A stretch of DNA of 64,000 nt. It comes from Chiloscyllium plagiosum. Lineage: Eukaryota. The position numbers and the translations under genes were made by a program. The stretch is from positions 22,021,296 to 22,085,295 of the forward strand of contig NC_057725.1 of the NCBI RefSeq assembly GCF_004010195.1, read 5' to 3'. A model generated the notes under the pieces. It made no database searches. It saw only the letters and a program-made list of their open reading frames with translations, and was not told the DNA's origin. Positions 1 to 12,792 of the stretch are shown piece by piece. Position 1 is the stretch's first letter; every line of letters starts with the position of its first letter.

Positions 1-289
1 GAGAAGGATAGTTCAAAACTTCAGGAGCTCTCAGGCTGATGAAATGTAAAGAAACATGACAGATATGTAGATAAAAGTGAAGTCAGGAGAAACAGCATGG
101 CAATGCAGTATAATCTGGTTGGTGTTATTTTGTTCACAATTTTCTGAAGGTGGCAGAAGTTGATAAACTGGTTCAGAAAGTATAGGGGACAATTGTTTCT
201 GCAAATAAGAACAATGAATTTGAAAACAAGGAAAACGCTAATCATTTATGAATCATCGGTTCGGCCTCTGTTGGAGTATTGTGTACAAT

Positions 290-790
290 TCTGGCTGCAA
301 AATGTCAAGAATGATTTCAAGGCCTAGACATGTTACAGGTGAGATTTACCAGGATGGTTTCAGGGATGAGGGATTTCAAGTTTTGTGGAGAGATGACAAA
401 AATTGGGATTGTTCTTCTTTGAGCAGGGATGGCTCAGGGAAACCCAATGTAGGCATTCAAAATTATCAGGGGTTTTGATAGAATACATTTAAAGAAGTTG
501 AAATTAGAGCTTGCACATTTAAAATAATTAGCAAAAGAATTAGAGGTGAGAGGAAAAGAACTTTTTCCTTAACTGTTTGTAAAGATTTGGAATATGCTAC
601 CTGAAAGAGTGGTGTAAGAGAATTCCACTGGAACTTTCAGGAGAATATTGGACATGTATTTGAAGAAAACTAACTTGCAAGGCTATGGGGAAAGGCTGGA
701 GTGTTGGAATAAATTAGACATCTCTTTTAGAGAGCTGGTACAAGTACAATGGGTTTAATGGCCTTCATCAATACTGAGAGATTTTATGAT
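290..790 (+). mobile_element. Old degenerate CR1-type LINE 3' fragment
   Basis: Degenerate RT C-terminal and 3' UTR sequence (agatttaccaggatgg..., ttgttcttctttgagcag..., tttggaatatgctacctgaaagagtggtg) resembling the other CR1 copies in the window; boundaries approximate. Confidence 0.65.
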
Positions 791-1090
791 TCTAAGAGAA
801 GTCATGACACAGATCCTTGGGGCATTTTCCCTGTGCCATTTTTTAACAGCTTCCAGGAAACAGAGGCTGGATAATTAAATGATGCCAACAAAGGTCAGAT
901 CCATCAATATTTCCCTTTTCAGGTCACTGCAAAATCACTCAAGGCTATTCAAATACAGCTCAAAGATTTTACATACATAAGTCTGTGCATTTTTAATTCA
1001 TTCATTAACTCTTCTCTTGTCAGCAAATAAAGGCCAGACATCCTTCAGTTTAAACATCATTGCTTAGCAAATGCATGTTTCTAATTCAAA

Positions 1091-1270
1091 GTTTGGGAGA
1101 AGATTTGTAGCTCGGGTGCTCGTTGTTGTGGTTCTGTTCGCCGAGCTGGGAATTTGTGTTGCAGACGTTTCGTCCCCTGTCTAGGTGACGTCCTCAGTGC
1201 TTGGGAGCCTCCTGTGAAGCGCTTCTGTGATCAAATGCCGGAGGAAAGCTCGGCGAACAGAACCACAACA
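1091..1270 (-). mobile_element. Short Penelope-like (PLE) terminus with hammerhead-like core and 24-bp inverted repeat
   Basis: Minus strand 1200-1161 reads gca-CTGAGGA-c-gtcacc-tagaca-ggggac-GAAAC-GTC-tgc. Perfect inverted repeat 1124-1147 / 1247-1270. Shares the terminal motif (agaagatttgtagctc) with the element at 13998-14590. Confidence 0.7.
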
Positions 1271-1719
1271 GTTTCTAATCCCCCAATGGTGTGAGCCCAA
1301 TGTTTCCTTTAACAGCACAGCTGAGAATCTATTGATCCCATGTAGCTTTAAATTGTCAGAGTAACCAATAGCCAAAAAGGGCTCTCAGTCATGATTTTTT
1401 TTTTCTGTTTTAGGAAAATGTATTGTTAGCTTTATGAGCATTTTAAATTTTTAAAAATGCATTTTTAAAATAAAAATCACTTTTTACTTATTTCATTTCA
1501 ATTTAATTTAAGTTAATCCCATCTCTTCGTGTCTATCTTCACCCCTTCACCCAAACCTCGTTCCAATTTGTAGAAAAATTATAGCTCTAAAGTTTAGGAA
1601 AAAGAAAAACGGTGTCTCAAAGTGTTTTACAGCCAGTAACTTTTACTGTGAGTGTAGTCATTATTTTGGGGTTTTTTTTCAAAAATATACTTTATTCATA
1701 AAAGCATCTTCATATAAAT

Positions 1720-1930
1720 ACATAGTCATTAATGTAATGCTGAAAACACTACAGTCAATTGTTGTCAACAAATTCCCACAAATAGTAATGGGAGAATGAC
1801 GAAATAATCTACTTTTTAGTCAGGTTGATTGATTGATAAATATTGGCCATGACACCAAAGATACCACTCTTACTATTTTTCAAAACAGTCTCATGAGATC
1901 TTTTTGCACCCACCTGAAAAGGCAAATGAT
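1720..1930 (-). repeat. DeuSINE-like (SacSINE1/AmnSINE1-type) fragment
   Basis: Reverse complement resembles the recalled Deu-domain consensus (caggtgg..aaaagatctcatg..actgttttgaaaa, gtgtcatggccaatatttatc). Confidence 0.55.
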
Positions 1931-2619
1931 TAATTGGTTTTAGATGAACTTCCAATAATACCTCTTCAGTCTAGCACTTTTAGTTTTGTCCTCAAGAGCT
2001 GGTTTTGGACTAGAATGTTGAACTTTGTGATTTACAGGTAAAGCATCTATAGGTTGAGCCACCACTGACTGGGAAGTGCAGTAAAAGGCAGCTTCATTGT
2101 TTCAGTTTCTAAGTGTCAAACACTTCTTGCTTACTATTTAGTTCTGATAACTCCTTCTCTTTCGTGTCTTGTTTCAGTGTCTCTCTGTTCTTAAACTCTT
2201 CTTCACTGATTGCATTCAATAGATTTCTGCACGTTTTCCTGAAATTGAACATGTACTCAAGGGTCTTGCAGGACCAGAGGGAAAGAGAAGGGGAGTGCAA
2301 CTAATTTGTTTCAACAAAGTTATCAAAGGCACAATGATACAATTGTGCTGTATCTTCTGGCTACAGAGGCATTGAGCCAAGAGGTGGGATTCATAATTAG
2401 GCAGGACAGTGGGGTTCCAGAATTCTGCTAACTGAGCAAATTCAATTATGGTGAAGGCCCAAGTCAGCCTTCCAGTCTTACTGTCAATTATTGATCACAG
2501 TTAAAGGCCGAATCCCTCATGGGCCACAATGACCTCAGCATCAGGAACAACTATAGGCCAGTTCAGAGAGAGGTCAATTGAGGGGATCCCTCAATCTATT
2601 ACTGATTTGCACATGCAGT

Positions 2620-3118
2620 CATAGTCATACAGCACAGAAAAAGACCCTTTGGTCCAACAAGTTCACACTAACCATAATCCCAAACTAAACTAGTCCCACT
2701 TGCCTGCTCTTGGCCCATATCCCTCCAAACCTTTTTGATTCATGTACTTATACAAATATCTTTTAAACATCGTAATTGTGCTCACATTCACCACTTTCTC
2801 AGGAATTTCAATCCACATGCGAACCACCCTCTGTGTAAAATGTTTGTCCCTCAGGTCTTTTTTAAACCTCACTCCTCTCATCTTAAAAATGTGTCCCCTC
2901 GTCTTGAAATCCCCCATCCTAGGGAAAAGACACCTACCATTAACTTATATCCCTCATTATCTTATAAACTTCTATAAGGTCATCTCTCCACCTTCTATGC
3001 TCTAGTGAAAAAAGTCCCAACCTATCCAATCTTTCTTTATTAGTCAAATTTTCCAAACATGGCAACATCCTGGTAAACCTCTTCTGAACCCTCTCCAGCT
3101 TAATAATATCCTTCCTAT
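2620..3118 (-). mobile_element. CR1 LINE 3' end
   Basis: ORF 2690-2917 (TRGHIFKMRG..FFTQRVVRMW..LP..VV..TFKR.LDKYM-like) is the CR1 ORF2 C-terminus, followed by the typical tail. Confidence 0.85.
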
Positions 3119-3420
3119 ATTATATATATGCTTGAGGGATTGTTGCCAACACATTTGAAACAAAATTAACATCATCAAACTTTCAACTCAAAGGGAAAAT
3201 CCTGCCTCATTTAAGTACTACAGCAGGTAGCAGGGCCAAGAGAGGGGAATGGAAGACAGCAATTAAAAAAGAAAATTAGGGAAGGACAGAATTGTGACAT
3301 AACAACATCAAAGCAGAAGGAAAAACAGAACCATATTAATTCTATAAATATATTAACAATAGAAAGAACAAAACAAGTTAAGACACAGAACCTAACTAAA
3401 GTCAAAGGGAGCAACTCAGT

Positions 3421-3742
3421 TTAGATTAGATTAGATTACTTACAGTGTGGAAACAGGCCCTTCGGCCCAACAAGTCCACACCGACCCGCCGAAGCGCAAC
3501 CCACCCATACCCCTACATTTGCCCCTTTAACCTAACACTACGGGCAATTTAGCATGGCCAATTCACTTGACCCGCACATCTTTGTGACTGTGGGAGGAAA
3601 CCGGAGCACCCGGAGGAAACCCACGCAGACACGGGGAGAATGTGCAAACTCCACACAGTCAGTCGCCTGAGTCGGGAATTGAACCCGGGTCTCTGGCGCT
3701 GTGAGGCAGCAGTGCTAACCACTGTGCCACCGTGCCGCCCAC
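3421..3742 (-). mobile_element. HE1-type V-SINE, full length
   Basis: Minus strand: tRNA-like head gggcggcacggtggcacagtggttagcactgctgcctcacagc..gggttcaattccc, V-domain (tggagtttgcacattctccccgtgtctgcgtgggtttcctccggg), CR1-like tail ending in (taatc)n. Confidence 0.9.
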
Positions 3743-4399
3743 AAGAAGTTGCAATAATACTTCTTTTAAAAATGCTAATGGAGAAAAAAATGGGACTTAG
3801 ATAGATTGATCTCTACAATCTGATGATTTCCAACCCAGGGGAAAGAAATTGAAGATATTGCAATCACTATTTCTCAAAGCTCCTTGATTCAGGAGTTACG
3901 ATGATGGATTGGAAATGCCACGCTATTAGATAAGAAGGGTAAAATGAAAAGCAGTATTATTTAACACCCCATGTAATGGAAATCTCTCCCTGAACCACTC
4001 GAACTTTCAACTTCCATTTCCACTTTTCAGATCCTCCATAAAACCCTACTTTTTCTAGTATCTTCTTCTTTAGCTCAGTTACAATGATTTCACCATACAT
4101 CTATGAAAGCTTTAGAACATATTCCTGCATTGTCTTGTGTTAAAATGCGAGCTGCTGTTGCTCTCTGATGAAAAAGGGAATGGAGGTAGAAATTGCAGAG
4201 AATTCCTCAAGATGACAAGTCTTTATTTGCAAACAAAAGCTGTGGCCATCAGAGCAGACAACCCTGAAAGCCCGTGAACAGTGAGCAGACTGTAATGTCT
4301 ATGCTGTTCTAAAAGCCACGCCCTGTCCTCGTTATATTAGCATAACCAATCGAACTAATCCTACATTATATCCCCTTAACCAATCAGAGTCTGCCATGA

Positions 4400-4520
4400 T
4401 TTGGAGATGCTGGTGTTGGATTGGGGTGTACAAAGTTAAAAATCACACAACATCAGGTTATAGTCCAACAGGTTTAATTGGAAGCACTAGCTTTCAGAGC
4501 GCCGCTCCTTCATCAGGTCA
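4400..4520 (-). mobile_element. PLE-type terminus (family B) with hammerhead-like core
   Basis: Minus strand CTGATGA-a-ggagc-ggc-gctct-GAAAGCTA-gtg at 4518-4485. The same repeat recurs at 21908-22075 and 36400-36492. Degenerate flanking duplication (gagtctgccatgatt / gactctgccacaatt). Confidence 0.65.
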
Positions 4521-5419
4521 TTGTGGAGACTCTGCCACAATTGTCTTCTGGATTGCTGCAGACCCTCACGTTGTGCCGTCGTCATCTTTCTTTACCTTTT
4601 ATCCCCTGACAGGCTGCAGTCACGCAAGGCTGACTCAAGCACGCAACCCAGACCTTACACTTACATAACATCCCAACATGTATTACTTTGTAGTTATATA
4701 TTCATCTTTACCATATCACCTCCACATGATATTGAGAAGTACTCAACAGATAATGAAATACATTTGAAATATATTTGCTGTTGTTCACTGTAAGGTTTCA
4801 CACACACCATTACTGGCTGCGCCGTATTGACAGGGTGATACCTCCTCAGGGTCAAGACTTTCTGCTGCAAAGCAGGTTGATTTCTTGACTGACAAATCTT
4901 TGTGTAGGTAGGGCAGGGCAGCCCGTGAGGCAGCGGGATCCGGATTTGCCTCTGCCACTGCTCTTCCTCATTCAAATGTTGAGGCTCAAACAGCAATGCA
5001 GCTTATTGGGCAAATTGTTGGCATTCTGAACAACTGGTAGCAAAACCCTACTAGTCATCAAAATCGATGCTGCCATGCTTCAAGGAGAGATTCATCAGAG
5101 TGTCTTCAAAGCACTTTCTTCATCCTCCCCTGGAACATGGGTTATTTGAATGTTCTTGCTAACAGCAATGAGAAATGACTGGATAGTGTTGGCTGAGTGA
5201 TAAATTTATGCATTTATCTCTAATCCTATGGGATATTTTACATCCGCTTGGAATAGCCCACAACTTATCATCTCTTCCAAAGTGCCAAGGACACAACTGT
5301 GCTCAAGTGTGTGGGATGGAGTTGGAGGCTGTACACTTCTCAAACAGGCAAACACTACCATTAACCCAAGGCTGACGCTACACTATGAGGATTTTAAACT
5401 TTCAGTTTGACTCATCAAT

Positions 5420-5899
5420 AGATCTTTCTAATTCAAAAGATTATGAGTTCAAGTCCCACTTTAGAATGGAGCACATAACTTAGACTGATATTTGGTGCAG
5501 TTCTGAGTCCCAGAGGTGAATATTAAATTGAAGTCTGACTGCCTATGAACATAAACAACACTATAAATAATACCTGAGGAAATGTCAAGAACTCTCTGGC
5601 GCCTTGCCCTACATTCCCTACAATATTTATCTAGCTGAGGTGCAATATTATCCCTGCTGAGTAAGAGGGTGTGGATTCAAATCCCATTCCAGATATTTGT
5701 AGCACATTACTGAGACTGATACTTTATTGATGCATTGTCAAAGGTACTGTCTTTTGGGCAAGATGCTACAGATAAACCTTGTGGTTTCTCATGTGGCCAT
5801 TATAGATACCATTGAACTGTTTTAAAAAGACCAGCAAAGTTCTCCCCAGTGCCCTGAACCAACAGATTATCTGGTCATTCACACGTTACTGTTTATGCC
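5420..5899 (+). repeat. Two adjacent DeuSINE-like copies; the second continues at 6994-7040 after an insertion
   Basis: tRNA-like B-boxes (gagttcaagtcccac, ggattcaaatcccattcc) and Deu-domain motifs (gttctccccagtgccctg, aacagattatctggtcattc..., atgggatcttgctgcatgcaaatt). Confidence 0.6.
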
Positions 5900-6993
5900 T
5901 GTTACAACTGAAGCTGGAGGAGACCACTGCCACTCTAACCCCACAACTCCATGACGCACGGGAGTTTTAAAATAAAAATAGTTTTTCCAGTTACCTTCCA
6001 GTCAATTAAAGACCTTACCCACTTTTGATCATAAATACAGAAGAGTTATCAAATGATATTTTTAATAAATATAATCATTGGCTTATTATGAAGACAAAAT
6101 GTTTTCAATGAAGATGCAATAATTGCTTAGCATGCACAGTTTGAAATATAGATTGTATAAATGGCTAACCCTCTAAGTAACCCAATTCATACATGTGCCC
6201 ACTCACTTACTCATACATTATTCATGAAAAGAAAAATGAAAATGACTTTCTCTGTAGAGATTGGCATTCTGAAAAAAGACACTTTGAAGGCAAAATGATA
6301 TATTGTTCTGAAGAGTGTTGCTCGGAAGGTAAGGCATGTACGGTCACTATGGCTAATCAGGAATGGTTACCTCTGGAGTCTTTCAAACATAGCTTGCTCA
6401 GCAAACACAATATTAAGACGTTCCTTCAATCCTTTCAGAAGAACAAATAGATTTTACCCTGAACTCAAAAAGAGGGCTTTCTTTCAGAAATGGGAAAGAC
6501 CAGTTTCTTGCAGGTTTCTTGCCGCCCAACTGAAGACCAGATAAAAACAACAAATCCTTCAATCAGTGTTCGAAACGCCCCAGCAAGACTCTTCTTTTTT
6601 TTGTAGATGGCGATAGTATCACTGGGGGAGGTCAGCATTTATTGCCCATTCCTAACTGCCCTGGAGAAGTTGATACTGGGCTGTTCCATTGAATTGCTGC
6701 AGTAATTGGAGGATTAGAGGTATAGAGACACCCACTTTCTATTAGGAAAAGAGATCCAGGATTTTCTGCAACAATGAAAGGACAAGAAAAACATGCAGCT
6801 GTCACCACTCATGATATCTCGAGGAAACCTTGCTTAAAAAAAAAATCTCCAATGTCCACAGTGAACTTTCAACTGCCTCATTTAATGAAATTACTCCAAG
6901 TGGCTCTACAAAGATTGAAATAAATCTATTTTTCCACAAACCTACAAAATCTAACTCCTCCAAATAATATTAAAGAATAGGATCCTCATAACA
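5900..6993. mobile_element. Probable solo LTR (TGTTA...TAACA) inserted into a DeuSINE
   Basis: Termini tgtta (5900-5904) and taaca (6989-6993). Flanks atgcc / atggg. The DeuSINE sequence is continuous once the insert is removed. Confidence 0.55.
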
Positions 6994-7502
6994 ATGGGAT
7001 CTTGCTGCATGCAAATTCACTGTCATGTTTCCTACTGTATAAGCTGTCCTTTAAGAGTGGTTGATTGGGAAGCTGTGGGAGGTCATGGCTGCTGCTGGAA
7101 GGAGAGTTAGCAGGAATGCAGAGCGGCTACACATAGGGAATGTACGGAGGGGATGGATTTGCTGAGTTGACCATGGGCCTTCCTGCTCATAACTTAATTC
7201 TGGTGAAGGCTGGTTGATGGGGAAATTCAGCTACATCATAGTCCCACCAAATTAACTGCCCTTCCTGCTTTCAAGTTTGCTCAAGTTAACAACAGGGAGG
7301 TGATGGCTTATTGGTATCATCACTAGACTTTCAAACTAGCGACCAGTTAATGTTCTGGGGAGTGGAGTTTGAAACCCACCATGGCAGATAGTGGAATTTG
7401 AATTTGATAAAAATCTGGAATTAAGAGTTTAATGATCGTGAGTTGATTGTTGGAAAAACCCATCTGGTTCACTAATGTCCTTTAGGGAAGGAAATTTTCT
7501 TA

Positions 7503-8705
7503 TAGAGTCATGGAGATGTACAGCATGGAAACAGACCCTTCAGTCCAACTCGTCCATGCTGACCAGATATCCCAACCCAATCTAATCCCACCTGCCAGCA
7601 CCTGGCCCATATCACTCCAAACCCTTCCTATTCATATACCCATTCAGATGCCTTTTAAATTATGCAATTGTACCAGTCTCCACCACTTCCTCTGGCAGCA
7701 CATTCCATACATGCACCACCCTCTGTGTGAAAAAGTTGCCCCACTAGGTCTCTTTTATATCTTTCTCCTCTCAACCTAAACCTATGCCCTCTAGTTCTGG
7801 ATTCCCCGACCCCAGGGAAAAGACTTTGTCTATTTATCCTATCCTCATGATTTTATAAACATCTATAAGGTCACCCCTCAGCCTCTGATGCTCCAGGGAA
7901 AACAGCCCCAGCCTATTCAACCTCTCCCTATAGCTCAAATCCTCCAATCCTGGCAACATCCTTATAAATCTTTTCTGAACCCTTTCAAGTTTCACAATAT
8001 CTTTCTACTAGGAAGGAGATCAGAATTGCACGCAATATTCCGACAGTGGCCTAACCAATGTTCTTACAGCTGCAACATGACCTCCCAACTCCTGTACTCA
8101 ATACTCTGACAAATAAAGGAAAGTATACCAAATGCCTTCTTCACTATCCTATCTACCTGTGACTCCACTTTCACGGAGTTATGAACCTGCACTTCAGGGT
8201 CTCTTTGTTCAGCAACACTCCCTAGGACCTTACCATTAAGTGTATAGGTCCTGCTAAGATTTGCTTTCCCAAAATGTAGCACCTCCCATTTATCTAAATT
8301 AAACTCCATCTGCCACTTCTCAGCCCATTGGCCCATCTGATCAAGATCCCGTTGTAATCTGAGGTAATCTCCTTCGCTGTCCACTACACCTCCAAGTTTG
8401 GTATCATCAGCAAACCTACTAACTATACTTCTTATGCTCACATCCAAATCATTTATATAAGTGATGAAAAGTAGTGGACCCAGCATCGATCCTTGTGGCA
8501 CTCCACTGGTCACAGGCCTCCAGTCTGCAAATCAACCCTCCACTACCACCCTCTGTCTTCTACCCTTGAGCCAGTTCTGTATCCAAATGGCTAGTTCTCC
8601 CGGTATTCCTTGAGATCTAACCTTGCTCACCAGTCTCCCATGGGGAACCTTGTCGAATGCCTTACTGAAGGCCATATAGATCACAACTATTGCTCTGCCC
8701 TCATC
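7503..8705 (-). mobile_element. CR1 LINE, 5'-truncated (RT plus 3' tail)
   Basis: ORF 8064-8513 carries the CR1 RT motifs SGVPQGSMLGPLLF..YINDLD..FADDTK. Confidence 0.92.
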
Positions 8706-8760
8706 ATCCTTACCTGGTCTGGGCTACATGTAACTTCAGACTCACAGCAATGTGGTTGAG

Positions 8761-8960
8761 GTGTGCGTATGGAACAAGCTGCCAGAGGAAGTAGTGGAAC
8801 CAGGTACAATTGTAACATTTAAACGGTATCTGGATGGGCATATGAATAGGAACAGTTTAGAGGGATATGGGCCAAATGCCTGGAAAATGGGACTAGATCT
8901 GATTGGCATGTCTAGTCAGCACAGATGAGTTGCATCGAAGGATCTGTTTCGGTGCAGCAT
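8761..8960 (+). mobile_element. CR1 3' tail fragment
   Basis: tggaacaagctgccagaggaagtagtgg..gagggatatgggccaaatgc..gggactagat, the same tail as other CR1 copies. Confidence 0.8.
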
Positions 8961-9089
8961 GAGTCTTAACTGTCCTCTAAGCAATTAGGGATTGGCAGTA
9001 AATGCTCACCTAGCCAGCAAAGCCTTCATCCATGAATGAATGAAAAAAAAGTGCAAATATTCTAACTTAGGTCATTGTTGTAATGTAAA

Positions 9090-9370
9090 AGATCACTGAC
9101 AGCAGTTTAACACACAGCAAGATCCCATGAACAGCAAGATGAGAGTGAACAGATAATCTGAATCTTTTCCATGTTGATTGAGGGTTTAAAATTTGCCAGG
9201 GCATTAGAAAGAATTTTTATGCTCCTTTTCAAGATAATGCCACAGAATCTTTTACATTCACCTGAGAGATTTAATATTTCATTTCAAAATTTGCATCTTT
9301 GACAGAGTAGCTCCCTCTCAGTACTGCACAAGGGTTCAGCCTCGTTACTTATGCTCCAGACTCTGGATAG
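9090..9370 (-). repeat. DeuSINE-like fragment
   Basis: cacagcaagatcccatgaacagcaa..cagataatctg..ttttacattcacctgag..tttgacagagtagctccctctcagtactgcac is the reverse complement of the Deu-type consensus. Confidence 0.6.
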
Positions 9371-11673
9371 CTTTGCAAGCTTCTTTCTGCATTCCTCACA
9401 AAACCATTTTGCAGCCTGTACTTCTATTTAGTGAGGCTTTGGGTCAGATGAAGTGCTTTCAACTCATTGTTTGCTCATTGTCACATTAATTCTCTCAATT
9501 ACAAATATGGAAACCTGGAGTTAGATTTTTCCCAAAGTGCAGATGATAGTCCTTTGATTGCAAAAGATAAGTGACATTAAATATTGCTGTTGCCAAGTTG
9601 TTACATCTGACCACTGACAAGCTGCCAAGGAAAAGAAAAGCACTGTGGAAGTGGAAAAGTCATTAACCACATGGAAGTAGATTATCCACTGAGTAAAGTG
9701 CTATCCTGCATTGTACAATACTGAAAGACTAATCCAATTTGAAATTCAGACTAAGACATGAGGGGAATTATTCAAGTGCTAGGAGAACAGTGCAGAGACC
9801 AGCCATAACACTGTTCACTAGTATTAAGAGTCTGAATTAGAAGGACAATTGGGAAAGATTTTGTTTTTCAGCCAAGAATGGATTTGTCTGATAGGTTATC
9901 ATAGACATAGATATGGATATAGAATTGACCAATCACAGGGTTCAGTTTAAACATTAAGGAGTAACGCAAGGAACATATGTTACAATAGTAAAATAACATT
10001 TTATGAGCTAATATTAGATAGTATTTAATTACAGTTTTTCTGCTGTCGAGAACCCTTAGTGTGTTCAAAGTCCATGCTTGCTAAAATAAGCCTTACAGTA
10101 TTCAGATAAGAAGGTGTTATCTTACTCCTGTTGCATCCTCTTTTCATAAAATGTTAAATTCCCACTACACAGCAAAGTGGAATGAACTTCCAGATGGGCA
10201 CAAAAATCCCAGAATTTGCAGTCGAGAGAATGGATTAAGATGGGCTAAGTAGTCTTCCTCATCCATACGTACCTTGGGAACTGTGTTCCTTGCTTTCATT
10301 TCTCATTTGACAAAGCTGTGAACAAAGAGAAGCAACACAACCGACAGGCCATACAGATTCTAGTCAAATAACCCCTGCTCAGGGGATAGGAATCACATAT
10401 TTTAATTTGTCCAAAAATTAATCAGGTCTACAGACTGGAAGAAAATAGATTAGACTATGACTTGGCAAAGTCTATTTATTGTCGTGTTACCAAGCTGCAC
10501 TCTTAACCGGTAGAACGAATCACAATGGGAGGCACAGCTCTACGTTTAATCAATGAGACAAATATTTACGAGCTGATCTCGATGCAATTATTCAAATCAT
10601 TGTGCTAACAAGGCTGGAGCAGGATCTCTTATTTCATTTACTGAAATATTTACCCACACTAAAGTTTGATTCTAATCAAATTTAAAGCAGACATAAAGCA
10701 TGCTTTGAAAGTCCTACACTGACAACAAATCAAAATTACAAACAATCAAAGTCAAATCATCAGAATGACATGATATTCTCAGCGACTCAATAGCTTTCAA
10801 ACTTAAATAAGTTGGTAACTCCTCCATATTGATATTGCATACAGGTATCCAACAAAGGTCAATACTCTCCTAAGATCCCCTCCACAAACACTGACACTGG
10901 ACCTTGTATAAATTCTGGCATACTCATTGTGACCTCTTGCAAACAACACTATTATACTTTGTACAATTTCTGATAGCCTTTTGGGGTCAATCTATAAGCG
11001 CTGCCACATTGCCAGAGATCCTCTCTAAACTCAGGCACCCTCTCTGGCTCCTCTGCAAATAATTGGCACTTCTACAAATGGTTTCAACGCTTGACAAGTA
11101 GTTACATGCTCCCAGCCACCTGCGAAAAGTAGCCTTCATAGTGAGCTCTGAAAGCTTCCAGTACCACCCCACACTCAGAGTAAGACACTGATATAGTTTT
11201 AAAGAACCATTGCAAACAGTAGAACATGCCCAATGCAATGCAGAGCAAACATGAGAATATTGCAACTTTTAGGAAAAAAACTAAAGATTGTGTGATCTAC
11301 AAACTAGTGCCAAGATTCATTTGATCTTTGGAACTGCAAGCTGGCCATGCTTCCGCAAGCTACTACAAATAGATTACAACAGGCATGCTTCAACAACATC
11401 CTTGTGGAATGTCATACCTATCACAGCCAGGACACACCAAACTAAGAACACCGCCCCCCGCCCCCCTAACACCCCCACCCCTCAACCCCACAGTTTTCCA
11501 ACTCCAGATCTACCAGGTTATGAAGAATTAGTGAAACTGGTTATGCAAAAGGAAATACTAAGGACCTCGACCTCCCATTACTGTATGTCAACAATTCTCA
11601 CCATGGGAGATGGAAGTTAGTTCGTTAATAAGGACAGACTATCAATTGCTTTTCACTGTGCATCAATGGCCAG

Positions 11674-12792
11674 TCATAGAGATGTCTGGCATGGAAACAG
11701 ATCCTTTGGTCCAACTCATCCATGCTGACCAGATATCCCAAACTAATCTAGTCCCATTTGCCAGCACTTGGTCCATATGCCTCTAAACTGTTCCTACTCA
11801 TATACCCATCCAGATGCCTTTTAAATGTTGTAATTGTACTAGCCTCCACTACTTCCTTTGGCAGTTCATTCCATACATGCACCATCTTCTGCATGCAAAT
11901 GTTGCCCCTTAGGTCCCCTTGACCCTAAACCTATACCCTCTAGTTCTGGACAACCCCATCCCAGGAAAAAGATCTTGTCTATTTACCCTATCCATGCCCC
12001 TCATGATTTTATAAACCCCCATAAGGTCACCCCTCAGCCTCTGACACTCCAGGGAAAACAGCCCCAGCCTGTTCAGCGACCCCCTTTGGCTCAAATCCTC
12101 CAACCCTGGCAACCTGCTTGTAAATCCTTTCTGAACCCTTCCAAGTTGCATAACATCCTTCCTATAGGAGGGAGACCAAAATTGCGAGTTACATTCCAAA
12201 AATGGCCTAACAATGTCCTGCACAGCTGCAACATGACCTTCCAACTCTTTTACTCAATACTCAGACCAATAAAGGAAAGCTTACCAACTGCATTCTTCAC
12301 TATCCTATCTACCTGTGACTCCACTTTCAAGGAGCTAAGAACCTGCACTCCAAGGTCTCTTTGTTCAGCAACATTCTTCAGGACCTTACTATTAAGTGTA
12401 TAAGTCCTGCCCTAGTTTGCCTTTCCAAAATGCAGACCTCACATTTATCTAAATTAAACTTCATCTGCCACTCCTCGACCCATTGGCCGATCTGATCAAG
12501 ATCCCATTGTCATCTGAGGTAACTTTCTTCGCTATCTACTACACCTCCAATTTTGGTGTCATTTGCAAACTTACTTAGTATACCTCCTATGATTACATCC
12601 AAATCATTTATATAAATGGCAAAAAGCAGTGGATCCAGCACCAATCCTTGTGGCACATTACTGGTCACGGACCACCAGTCTGAAAGGCAACCCTCCACCA
12701 CCACCCACTGTCTTCTACCTTCGAGCCAGTTTTGTAACCAAATGGCTAATTCTCCCTGTATTTCATGTGATCTAATCTTGCTGACCCATCTA
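11674..12792 (-). mobile_element. CR1 LINE, 5'-truncated
   Basis: ORFs 12510-12704 ([22 protein letters not shown]) and 11909-12244 (RP.LE..QFWSP...LGLFSLE.RLRGDL). Confidence 0.92.

Larger units (their letters stand above)
7296..9050 (+). repeat. tRNA-derived MetaSINE/MER131-like SINE split into three pieces (7296-7495, 8706-8760, 8962-9050) by CR1 insertions
   Basis: Central domain aaaacccatctggttcactaatgtcctttagggaaggaaat continues as atccttacctggtctgggctacatgtaacttcagactcacagcaatgtggttga and then tcttaactgtcctct..gcaattagggattggcagtaaatgct..gaatgaatgaaaaaaaa. Confidence 0.65.

Noticed and set aside
11858-12403. 181-aa plus-strand ORF (and similar ORFs at 26481, 49952, 7510)
   Set aside because: Antisense reading frames of CR1 ORF2 relics.
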